Origin: a virus
Taxonomy: Duplodnaviria; Heunggongvirae; Uroviricota; Caudoviricetes
Length of the DNA: 9,834 nt
Direction: 5' to 3' (one strand)
IMG/VR virus record: IMGVR_UViG_2526164631_000019
Of the stretch, positions 1-7,539 are shown piece after piece. The notes beneath the pieces were generated by a model. It worked only from the letters and a program-made list of their open reading frames with translations. It had not been told where the DNA came from and did no database searches. Every line of letters starts with the position of its first letter. Position 1 is the first letter of the stretch. The translations under genes were made by a program, and so were the position numbers.

Positions 1-1101
1 GCTATCCATTCCGGGATTTTTGCCTCAAGCTCAAGCTGCGTGGTAAAGCCGCTGTTATCAATGGTGTGCCCGGCTTTTGCAATAATCCAGTCCTGATTAT
101 CAATCTCGCTTTTAAATCCTGTTACCGTGCCATGCATTTCGGGGTAGAGTTCTGCTCGTCCACGTGCCAGCGTGATGGAGAATGATGCGGCTCCGCGTTG
201 TAGTTGTTGCCACTTTGCCGCCGCTGCGCGTCTTGCTGCCTGCTCGTTCTGATAAGTCTTGCGTAACACAAACACATTGCCTTCCGCGCCTTCCATATAG
301 TCACCTTCACGGCTGCTGCTTTTCTCCTTTTTTGGGTTTGGCGGTTTTACGGCGTTTTCACGTCTGACTTTTTTTCTTTTCCCGTAATTAAGATCAAGTC
401 CAGTAGGCGCGTACCCCCGTATACGCTTCGCGGTCAGCAATGCGGAACTGATGGCGATCGCCGCTGCTGCGTGTGATGGCGAACGATGGCAACGGCTGGC
501 CCTGTGCGTTCACGCCACCGCCGGGCATGATGAATAACAGATTACCGCTTTTTACCGTGGTGATTGCGCCCAGCATTTCCGCCATGCGCGTAAGGAAGGA
601 CATGTCGCTTTCTTCGGTCTGGTCGGCGTGGTCGATTTCGATATCCATCAGCATTTCGCTGATTTGCGGTTTCAGACCATACCGATGAGCGATGGCGGAT
701 ACCACACGCTCAACGGTCACATCATGCCAGGACACCTCACGTTTAACGTTAAATTCATCCCGAAAATCTGCGCTTCTGGCTGAAACAGTCAGCCTGTCCG
801 GCGGTCCTTCGTGAGCGATTTCATCAACAATGTAAGTGCCTTTTTCTGTCAGCGGTTCTCCCTTCCAGCCAATGAGAACCGTCAGGCGCGCGCCCCGTGG
901 CGGTAGCTGCAACTGACCATCCGCATCATCCAGCGTGATGGTGAGCTGGTCCGCCTCAAATCCCCGGTTGTCGGTCAGTGACAGGCTCATCAGGCGCTCT
1001 GCCACGCCTGACAGCGTTTTACCCTCCGCGAGAATATCAAAATCCGGCATTTTCACGGGGTCTGTGCCCTGACTGAGCAATTGCATGGTGGTGTCGGTCA
1101 T
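1..1101 (-). CDS. Phage tail protein D (P2 gpD / late control D family); apparent frameshift near 392-401, 3' end beyond left edge of window
   Basis: ORF 394..1233(-) contains the motif SLSLTDNRGFEADQLTITLDD, typical of the gpD family as recalled. The likely start is the ATG at 1099-1101 (MTDTTMQLL), preceded by GGGAGGGAG. The frame ends at a TGA at 394-396, but another minus-strand frame continues as DLNYGKRKK...KWQQLQRGAASFSITLARGRAELYPE...GFTTQLELE to position 1, which reads like the gpD C-terminal half. Confidence 0.8.
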
Positions 1102-1258
1102 CTGCTCCCTCCCTGTGCGGCATGGTCGCATGTGCGTGCGGAGGGGGTTACTGCTTTTTGTTGTCGCCGGGTCGGGAGAACGGCGCAGGGGTGAGATTAC
1201 GCGCGTGGTGGGTGATGATTGTTGCCGAATCATTTAACGGATACAAGGGGCTGAAGCT

Positions 1259-2442
1259 ATGAGTGAAACTCGTTTTCATGGTGCCCGTGTTACGGAAAAT
1301 ACCGACCTGGTAACAGCGATTAACGATGTTGATTCCAGCGTTATCGGTATCGTGGCAACGGCGGATGATGCGGACGCGAAGCTGTTCCCGCTGAACAAGC
1401 CCACACTGCTGACCCGCGTTAATGACGTGCTGGGAAAATGCGGGACAACGGGGACGCTTTATCGTGCGCTTAAGGCCATCGCAGACCAGGTGAGCACAAA
1501 GGTGATCGTCGTTCGCGTGGCTGAACACAAAGAAGAAGACGGAAAGACGCAGGATCAACTGGTTATCGGTGGTTCTGAGGATGACGGCAGCTATACGGGG
1601 ATGTATGCGCTGCTTGTTGCAGAGCAGGATGAAAGCATCGGATACCGTCCGCGTATTCTGGCCGCGCCGGAGCTGGACACGGAGGCGGTGACAAAATCCC
1701 TGTGCGTGATTGCGGGTAAACTGCGCGCGTTTGTGTATGCCTCATGTCACGGCTGTAACACGATGGCTGAGGCGATTACCTACCGCCAGAAATTCAACGA
1801 ACGTGAGGTGATGCTCTTATGGCCGGACTTCATCGCCTACAACCCGAAAAGTGGCAAAAACGAACGTTCCCCGCGCCTGCCTATGCGTGCGGCCTTCGTG
1901 CGTACATTGACCATGAGCAGGGATGGCACAAATCACTGTCCAACGTTCCGGTTAAAAATGTGCTGGGGATGTCGAGGCATGTGTTCTGGTCGTTGCAGGC
2001 CGAAGACAGCGATGCCAACAGCCTCAACAACAAAGAAATCACGACCATTATTCGTCGCAACGGGTTCCGCTTCTGGGGCAACCGCACACCGGAAACGAAC
2101 GCCTACATCTTTGAGGTGTATACCCGAACCGCACAGGTGCTGGCTGATTCAATTGCAGAAGCGCAGTTTGAAACCATCGACAGTCCACTGACGCCTGCGA
2201 ACGTGAAGGATGTTATCAGTGCCATCAGGGCAAAACTGGATTCACTGGTTACTGCCGGGAAACTGATTGGCGCGGAGTGCTGGTATGACGTGGTGGATAA
2301 CAGCACCACGGATTTACGTCAGGGACGTGTGCGTATTCGCTATAAATATACGCCCGTTCCGCCACTGGAAGACATGGAGCTTTACCAGACGTTTACTGAT
2401 GAATACTTTGAACCCGCATTTGCGGTGCTGGGAGGTGCCTGA
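1259..2442 (+). CDS. Contractile tail sheath protein (P2 FI-like); apparent frameshift between about 1856 and 1872
   Basis: ORF 1259..2191 carries the N-terminal two thirds (MSETRFHGARVTE...LLWPDFIAYNPKSGKNE). ORF 1819..2442 in another frame carries the conserved C-terminal part (IDHEQGWHKSLSN...RRNGFRFWGNRT...YTRTAQV...YKYTPVPPLE). The AAGGGG ribosome-binding site lies about 10 nt upstream of the ATG at 1259. Joined length is about 394 aa, typical for sheath. Confidence 0.88.
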
Positions 2443-2953
2443 TGGCTGTGCCAAAACATCTTCGCTTTTTTACGCTGTTTGTGGATGGTGAAAACGAAGT
2501 GGGTAAGGTGACGTCCGTCACTCTGCCCAAACTGACGCGCAAAACCGACAGCTACCGGGGGGGCGCATGATGGGTGCGGTAAGTATTGATCTCGGTCTGG
2601 ACGACTCCGCGCTTGATGCGAGCTTTGTCATGGGGGGCGCAGTTCGTGAGCTGTTCCTTAAGTATGGCGGCACGATTGACGGCACGCTGCTGCGTTTTGC
2701 GGGTGAATACTACACCGATGCAGAAAGCGACCTGTATGAAGTCGAAATGCGCGGACGTGTGACGGAAATTGATATGGGGGAAGCCAAACAGGGCGAAGCC
2801 ACATCACACACTTACGCCATTAAAAACACCTACTACAAGCTGAGTGTTAACGATCGCCCGTTGTGGGAGATTGACCTGCTGAACTTCATTTACCGGAAGG
2901 ACGGCAAGGACATTGTGCCCGATCGCATCCGTTCCGCGCTCGGGCTTGGCTGA
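2442..2953 (+). CDS. Tail tube protein (P2 FII-like); apparent frameshift at G7 homopolymer 2557-2563
   Basis: The ATG at 2442 overlaps the sheath stop (TGATG). The N-terminal ORF reads MAVPKHLRFFTLFVDGENEVGKVTSVTLPKLTRKTDSYRGGA and stops at 2568-2570. ORF 2567..2953 in a different frame continues GAVSIDLGLDD...LRFAGEYY...EVEMRGRVTEIDMGEAKQGE. Both parts match the FII family as recalled (VTLPKLTRK, DLGLDD, MRGR..EID.GE.KQGE). Confidence 0.85.
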
Positions 2954-2965
2954 TAAGTAATATGC

Positions 2966-2986
2966 AGGCGGCGCAGTGCGTCGCCT
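2966..2986 (+). promoter_or_regulatory. GC-rich stem-loop between tube and E genes (possible attenuator or mRNA stability element)
   Basis: AGGCGGCGC agt GCGTCGCCT gives a 9-bp stem with one G-U pair and a 3-nt loop. It sits between the tube stop (2951-2953) and the E ribosome-binding site. No U-tract follows, so it is not a classical intrinsic terminator. Confidence 0.3.
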
Positions 2987-3007
2987 CTGACTGAAAGGAG
3001 TTTCCTG

Positions 3008-3373
3008 ATGAAAGAGACGAAAAACATCGATACCGAAAACACGGTCGTTGCTGACACTGTGAAAGAAACCAGTGAGCGTGGCATAAAACTTACCCAACCA
3101 ATTGAGCGAGGCGGCGAAAAAATCACGTATGTGGAGATCACCGGAGCTATTGAGCAGGCTGGATCTCTGCGAGATTTGTCGTTGTCTGATGTGCTGAATC
3201 TGAAAGCGGAATCCATGTTTACGCTGCTGTCACGCGTGACATCACCGCGACTGGATGAAGTGACGATCAAAAAAATGGCATCCCGTGACTTTATTCAGTT
3301 ATGTGTGGTTGCCGTAAATTTTTTGAGCGGTGCGGACTCTGGCGGGAAGAACGAACAGGCGACGGAAGCCTGA
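3008..3373 (+). CDS. Tail assembly chaperone (P2 gpE-like)
   Basis: 121-aa ORF with AAAGGAG 7 nt upstream of the ATG. Its position directly between tube and tape measure is conserved for this chaperone in contractile-tail clusters. It contains the slippery heptamer T_TTT_TTG at 3319-3325. Confidence 0.75.
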   Translation: MKETKNIDTENTVVADTVKETSERGIKLTQPIERGGEKITYVEITGAIEQAGSLRDLSLSDVLNLKAESMFTLLSRVTSPRLDEVTIKKMASRDFIQLCVVAVNFLSGADSGGKNEQATEA

Positions 3374-3537
3374 TCACGGTTGTGTGCTTTGAGCACATAG
3401 AAGACTTTGTGGCAGATATTGCCGTTATTTTTAACTGGTCGCCCGCCGAAATCTTCATGATGACGCCCGGCGAAGTGGTTAGCTGGCGTGAGCGGGCGGC
3501 ACTTCGCAGCGGGAATGCAGACAATGAAGACTCTTGA
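3008..3537 (+). CDS. Frameshift-extended chaperone (P2 gpE+E'-like), predicted -1 ribosomal frameshift at 3319-3325
   Basis: The -1 frame opens exactly at the slippery site and runs to a TGA at 3535-3537, encoding FERCGLWREERTGDGSLITVVCFEHIEDFVADIAVIFNWSPAEIFMMTPGEVVSWRERAALRSGNADNEDS. Its end overlaps the tape-measure start. Confidence 0.6.
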
Positions 3538-6331
3538 TATCCGGGTCGCTTTCAGCGCCGTTGACAGGCTGACCCGGCCTGCCGAAAACGCCCGCCGCCT
3601 GATGGGGCAGTTTGGTGACTCCATCCAGCGAACGCAGGGGGCGATCAAAAATCTCGAGCGTCAGGCGCGTTCATTTGAGCGCGCCCGCGACGCTGTCAGT
3701 AAAGCGGATGCGGGTATCGTGAAAGCACGACGCCAGCTTAACGCCCTTAATCAGTTACAACGCACGGGTACAGTGCTCAGCGAAAAGCAACAAAAGCTGA
3801 TGCAGCAGTTAAGCACCCGGCTTGAACGCCTGAATGAATCGCGCACACGGGAAATTCAGAAAATGCGGGAGCTTGGCGGAGAGCTGAAACGCCACGGCAT
3901 TTCCCTGACAGGCAGCGATAGCACCATCCAGCAGGCCATCAGACGCACCGAACAGTACAACAACCAGCTTGAACGCGAACGGCAGGCGCTTGCGCGTGTA
4001 ACACGTGCGCGTGAGCGGTATTCGCGCGCGCAGGAAACCGCGGGAAAACTGAAAACAGGTGGTGCGCTGGCAATTGGTGCGGCAGCGGCTGGCAGCTATG
4101 CTGCCGGGCGTTTTTTGCAGCCTGCGATCGGGTTCGGGAAAGAGATGTCCCGCGTTCAGGCACTGACGCGAATCGACCAGAACAGCCCGCAGTTTAAGGC
4201 GCTGCGTGAACAGGCGTTAAAACTTGGCTCTGAAACGCAGTTCACTGCAGGCGATGCCGCCAGTGGGCAGGCATTTCTTGCAATGGCTGGCTTCACTCCG
4301 CAGGCCATTCAGGCTGCGCTTCCCGGCGTACTGAGCATGGCAACGGCTGGCGGTATGGATCTCGGCGAAACGGCAGATATTGGCTCAAATATCCTGACGC
4401 AGTTCGGCCTTTCTGCTGACCAGATGGACCGGGTCGGTGACACGCTCACCGCAGCGTTTACCCGTACCAACACTGACCTTCGCGCACTGGGCGAAACCAT
4501 GAAATATGCAGGTCCGGTGGCGGGCAAGCTGGGAATATCGCTGGAGCAGGCCGCAGCGATGGCGGGCGTGCTGGCGAATATGGGTATCAGGGGAAGTGAT
4601 GCCGGGACGGCAATGCGTGCCAGCCTGGCTCGTCTGGCATCACCGCCAAAGGCGGCAGCAGAGGCGCTGAAAGAGCTTGGTGTGGCAGTCTCTGACGCGA
4701 ACGGCAAAATGCGCCCGATGGAGGATGTGCTGGCTGACCTTTATAAAGCCACCCGCAAATACGGGGAAGTTGACCGGGTATCGTTCTTTAAGGATATTGC
4801 CGGAGAAGAGGCTTTCACATCATTTATGGCCCTCGTTGATGCGGCAGGTGACGGCTCCTTACCCAAACTGAGAAAAGAACTTGAAGGCGCGCGCGGTGAG
4901 GCTGAACGCACAGCAAAGGTTATGGCCAACAACCTTGACGGCGATCTGAAATCACTCGGCAGTGCATGGGAAGGGGTGCGCATCCGCATTGCAGATCTGA
5001 TTGACGGTCCGCAGCGTTCTGTCACGCAGTGGCTCACGCGGGTGGTATCGAAGGTGACGGCGCTGGCGCAGGCCCATCCGGCACTGACGCGCCAGCTACT
5101 GGTTGCAGGCGGTGCTCTGCTGGCAATGACTGCAACCATAGGCTCGTTGTCGCTGGCTATTGGTGTGCTTGCTGGCCCACTGGCAAAACTGCGTCTTGGT
5201 TTTTCCCTCCTGACCGGATCATTGAATGTTGTCAGGGTTCTGCCTGCATTATGGGGAATGGTGACGGGTTCCATTTCGTTACTGGGAGGCGCTATCGGGG
5301 CGCTGTTCAGTCCGGTCGGATTGATTGCTGCTGCGTTTGTGGCTGCGGCGGTTCTCATCTGGAAATACTGGGAACCCATCAAGGCGTTTTATGCAGGGGT
5401 GTTCAGTGGGATTATGGAGCGACTGGCCCCGTTGCGCGAAACCTTTGAACGGTTTGGCCCTGTTTTTGACGCAATCGGAAGCGGGATCAGCCAGGTGTTT
5501 AACTGGTTTAAATCGCTGCTGTCACCGATGGAGTCCAGCAAGGAAACGCTGGATAAATGTACCAGTGCTGGCGAGATATTCGGTAACGTTCTTGGCGGTG
5601 CGTTACAGCTTGTTCTGACACCTGCAAAAATGCTACTGGATACGCTGGCGTGGATACTTGAAAAACTCGGTGTGCTTCCGGATGAAGCGGAAAGGGCGCG
5701 CAAGAAAATCGAAGACGCACAGCGTGCGGCCATTCTTCAGGACAAGGTTGCCTTGCTTCAGGGGGACCTGGCGAAAATCAATCTGCCGAAGCCTGTGGAA
5801 AATGGCAATGGCACCGGAGGTGATAAACCCAAAGACAACAAACCGCTCACAGACAGCAATACCGGTACGCTACGCAGACTCAGCAAAATTGCTGATAACA
5901 CAGGTAAGCTGGTTGATGAGACGAAAAAACGCATTGGCCCCGGCGATATTGTCTTTAAGAACCTGCCCCGCGCACTTGCTGTTCGTGGGGAGTGGCAGGA
6001 GCGGAAGATTGCGCAGGTCAGTAAGCCTGCTTCCGCAATCAACATCACACCCGTGGTCCCGACTCCTCTGCCTCCGGCGCTGGTCCCTGTTGTTGCGGCC
6101 AGCTCCCGCCCGGTGGCGGAGGCCATACGATCGCCAGTGGCATCAGTTCCTGCAACTTCCCGTAACCGGGAGCCTGTTGTCTCCGGATTTGGCGGTGAAA
6201 TTCATGTTCATCTGCATAACGTTGTTACGCAGAATCCCCGCGAACTGGCGAAACTGGTCGGTGAAATGGTCAGGGCAGAATTGGAACGACGCGACCGTGC
6301 CGGACGTGGCAGTTTTTACGATAAAGATTGA
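3515..6331 (+). CDS. Tail tape measure protein (P2 gpT-like)
   Basis: Uninterrupted ORF of roughly 940 aa. The N-terminal region is rich in charged, coiled-coil-like sequence, the central region has long Gly/Ala/Leu-rich hydrophobic stretches and the C-terminus is Pro-rich, which is typical for tape measure proteins. Candidate starts are GTG 3488, ATG 3515 and ATG 3524; the exact start is uncertain. Confidence 0.9.
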   Translation: MQTMKTLDIRVAFSAVDRLTRPAENARRLMGQFGDSIQRTQGAIKNLERQARSFERARDAVSKADAGIVKARRQLNALNQLQRTGTVLSEKQQKLMQQLSTRLERLNESRTREIQKMRELGGELKRHGISLTGSDSTIQQAIRRTEQYNNQLERERQALARVTRARERYSRAQETAGKLKTGGALAIGAAAAGSYAAGRFLQPAIGFGKEMSRVQALTRIDQNSPQFKALREQALKLGSETQFTAGDAASGQAFLAMAGFTPQAIQAALPGVLSMATAGGMDLGETADIGSNILTQFGLSADQMDRVGDTLTAAFTRTNTDLRALGETMKYAGPVAGKLGISLEQAAAMAGVLANMGIRGSDAGTAMRASLARLASPPKAAAEALKELGVAVSDANGKMRPMEDVLADLYKATRKYGEVDRVSFFKDIAGEEAFTSFMALVDAAGDGSLPKLRKELEGARGEAERTAKVMANNLDGDLKSLGSAWEGVRIRIADLIDGPQRSVTQWLTRVVSKVTALAQAHPALTRQLLVAGGALLAMTATIGSLSLAIGVLAGPLAKLRLGFSLLTGSLNVVRVLPALWGMVTGSISLLGGAIGALFSPVGLIAAAFVAAAVLIWKYWEPIKAFYAGVFSGIMERLAPLRETFERFGPVFDAIGSGISQVFNWFKSLLSPMESSKETLDKCTSAGEIFGNVLGGALQLVLTPAKMLLDTLAWILEKLGVLPDEAERARKKIEDAQRAAILQDKVALLQGDLAKINLPKPVENGNGTGGDKPKDNKPLTDSNTGTLRRLSKIADNTGKLVDETKKRIGPGDIVFKNLPRALAVRGEWQERKIAQVSKPASAINITPVVPTPLPPALVPVVAASSRPVAEAIRSPVASVPATSRNREPVVSGFGGEIHVHLHNVVTQNPRELAKLVGEMVRAELERRDRAGRGSFYDKD

Positions 6332-6337
6332 GGAGTC

Positions 6338-6832
6338 ATGGCCATGATGATGATCTACGGCATGTTTGTTTTTGAGCTGCGCACATTGCCGCATCAGCAG
6401 TTACAGCAAAATAAAAGCTGGCGGCATGTGAAAAATGAACGCGTTAACCGTTCAGCAAGCTGGCAGTATATCGGGGCAGGCGATGATCGCATCGTGCTTT
6501 CTGGTGTGCTTTATCCTGAAATCACAGGTGGCGAAGTGTCGCTGTCGCTGCTGACCACGCAGGCGTATACAGGACGCCCCTGGCCTCTGATTGATGGCGT
6601 CGGACAGATTTACGGCATGTATGTACTGACTGAAACGAATACGACCCGCTCCGAGTTTGATCGCTACGGTAAGGCGAAAAAGATAGAATTTTCACTGACT
6701 CTTGAACGCTGTGATGAGGATTTGCGGGAGCGCCTGCAATCCTCATCGTTCAGTGATATGCTGTCCGGCTTCAAAGATAAGGTCACATCATCCCTTAACA
6801 GCGCGGCCAGCTCCGTTAAAGGGCTGTTTTGA
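6338..6832 (+). CDS. Tail protein U (P2 gpU-like)
   Basis: The product begins MAMMMIYGMFVFELRTLP and contains WRH...LSGVLYPEITGG...WPLIDG...IYGMYV...RSEF, matching gpU as recalled. GGAG at 6332-6335 favours the ATG at 6344 as the true start. The gene follows the tape-measure stop directly. Confidence 0.85.
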   Translation: MAMMMIYGMFVFELRTLPHQQLQQNKSWRHVKNERVNRSASWQYIGAGDDRIVLSGVLYPEITGGEVSLSLLTTQAYTGRPWPLIDGVGQIYGMYVLTETNTTRSEFDRYGKAKKIEFSLTLERCDEDLRERLQSSSFSDMLSGFKDKVTSSLNSAASSVKGLF

Positions 6833-6839
6833 TTAACGC

Positions 6840-6869
6840 AAAACCGCTAATGGTCAGATTAGCGGTTTT
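6840..6869. terminator. Hairpin terminator between convergent gpU and invertase genes
   Basis: AAAACCGCTAAT ggtcag ATTAGCGGTTTT is a perfect 12-bp stem with a 6-nt loop, followed by a T-rich run (cattttcc) on the plus strand. It starts 8 nt after the gpU stop and overlaps the last codons of the invertase ORF. Confidence 0.6.
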
Positions 6870-7458
6870 CATTTTCCTGAGTCTGCCTGGTTGTTTCTTC
6901 AGCCTGTATATCGCCTACAGGGTGATAACGATAAATCGTCGATATGCCGATGTCGTAAATGATCGCCAGTTGTTTCCTGTCATGACCGTTTTTAATCAGC
7001 CTCGCTATTTGCTCGTGTTGTTCTTTTGTCAACTTCGGGCGACGTCCGCCAATGCGTCCTTGTGCGCGTGCTGCTGCCAGCCCGGCCAGTGTACGCTCTA
7101 CAATTAATTCACGTTCCATTTCGGCTAAAGCTCCCATGACGTGAAAAAAGAAACGCCCCATGGGTGTTGATGTGTCAATGCTGTCCGTTAGACTACGGAA
7201 ATTAACACCTTTTTCCCGCAATTCCTCAATAAGCGTGATCAGGTGTTTCATACTTCTGCCCAGTCTGTCCAGCTTCCAGACAACCAGCGTATCTCCTTCT
7301 GATAGCGTTCTGAGCAGTTTTTTCAATCCCGGTCTGGCTGATTTCGTTCCGCTGATTTTATCTTCAAAAATCAGTTCACATCCTGCGCACTCCAGCGCGT
7401 TACGCTGCAATTCTGTATTCTGGTCATTTGTTGATACGCGGACATAGCCAATAAGCAT
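6859..7458 (-). CDS. Serine site-specific DNA invertase, Hin/Gin/Cin/Pin family
   Basis: The 199-aa product begins MLIGYVRVSTNDQNTELQRNALECAGCELIFEDKISG and contains TLVVWKLDRLGRSMKHLI, FRSLTDSIDTSTPMGRFFFHVMGALAEMERELI and GGRRPKLT, nearly identical to Gin/Hin over the catalytic domain as recalled. The catalytic Ser is at position 9. A C-terminal helix-turn-helix region follows, then a tail of about 15-20 extra residues. Confidence 0.95.
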   Translation of the reverse strand: MLIGYVRVSTNDQNTELQRNALECAGCELIFEDKISGTKSARPGLKKLLRTLSEGDTLVVWKLDRLGRSMKHLITLIEELREKGVNFRSLTDSIDTSTPMGRFFFHVMGALAEMERELIVERTLAGLAAARAQGRIGGRRPKLTKEQHEQIARLIKNGHDRKQLAIIYDIGISTIYRYHPVGDIQAEETTRQTQENENR

Positions 7459-7513
7459 GATGGATCCCCTGAATAAAAACCGGGGATGATGCCAGTTAGC
7501 CGTAATCTCTGCA

Positions 7514-7539
7514 TTTTCTTAAACGTTGGTTTAGGAGAA
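7514..7539. repeat. Crossover site 1 for the invertase (hix/gix/cix-like 26-bp site)
   Basis: TTTTCTTAAACG TT GGTTTAGGAGAA. Its reverse complement TTCTCCTAAACC AA CGTTTAAGAAAA resembles the hix consensus TTCTTGAAAACC AA GGTTTTTGATAA. The central dinucleotide is at 7526-7527, 68 bp from the invertase start codon. Confidence 0.8.

Noticed and set aside
1102-1258. Search for a P2 Ogr-type late promoter operator (TGT-N12-ACA) in the divergent D/sheath intergenic region
   Set aside because: No clean TGT-N12-ACA dyad or convincing -35/-10 pair could be identified by eye. The region very likely contains divergent promoters but I cannot place them.
1148-1558. 136-aa minus-strand ORF spanning the D/sheath intergenic region and the sheath 5' end
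   Set aside because: It is antisense to the sheath N-terminus and is better explained as a chance open frame.
3939-6126. Antisense and alternative-frame ORFs inside the tape-measure gene (e.g. 4309..4707 -, 4741..5382 -, 5389..5733 -, 5758..6126 -, 5029..5448 +)
   Set aside because: They lie wholly within a long, well-supported ORF in a GC-rich region where spurious open frames are expected, and they have Arg/Ala/Ser/Pro-rich low-complexity translations and no evident ribosome-binding sites.
5658-6347. 229-aa plus-strand ORF overlapping the 3' end of the tape-measure gene
   Set aside because: It is an alternate frame of the tape-measure gene with an Arg/Ser/Leu-rich composition typical of out-of-frame GC-rich sequence. 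The in-frame tape-measure C-terminus is continuous.
6829-7107. 92-aa plus-strand ORF antisense to the invertase
   Set aside because: It overlaps the strongly supported invertase gene on the opposite strand, starts within the terminator hairpin and has a low-complexity translation.
7459-7513. Invertase promoter overlapping crossover site 1 (as for gin and cin)
   Set aside because: It is plausible by analogy, and AGGGGA precedes the ATG as a ribosome-binding site, but the candidate -35/-10 hexamers (TTAAGA, CTAACT) match the consensus too poorly to annotate.
7486-7527. The ATG at 7486 as the start of an independent 132-aa gene (ORF 7486..7884)
   Set aside because: The first 14 codons lie outside the invertible segment, between the invertase start and the crossover core, with no convincing ribosome-binding site. 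The frame makes more sense as a silent fibre cassette beginning at the core (7528), to be fused to the fibre constant region after inversion.
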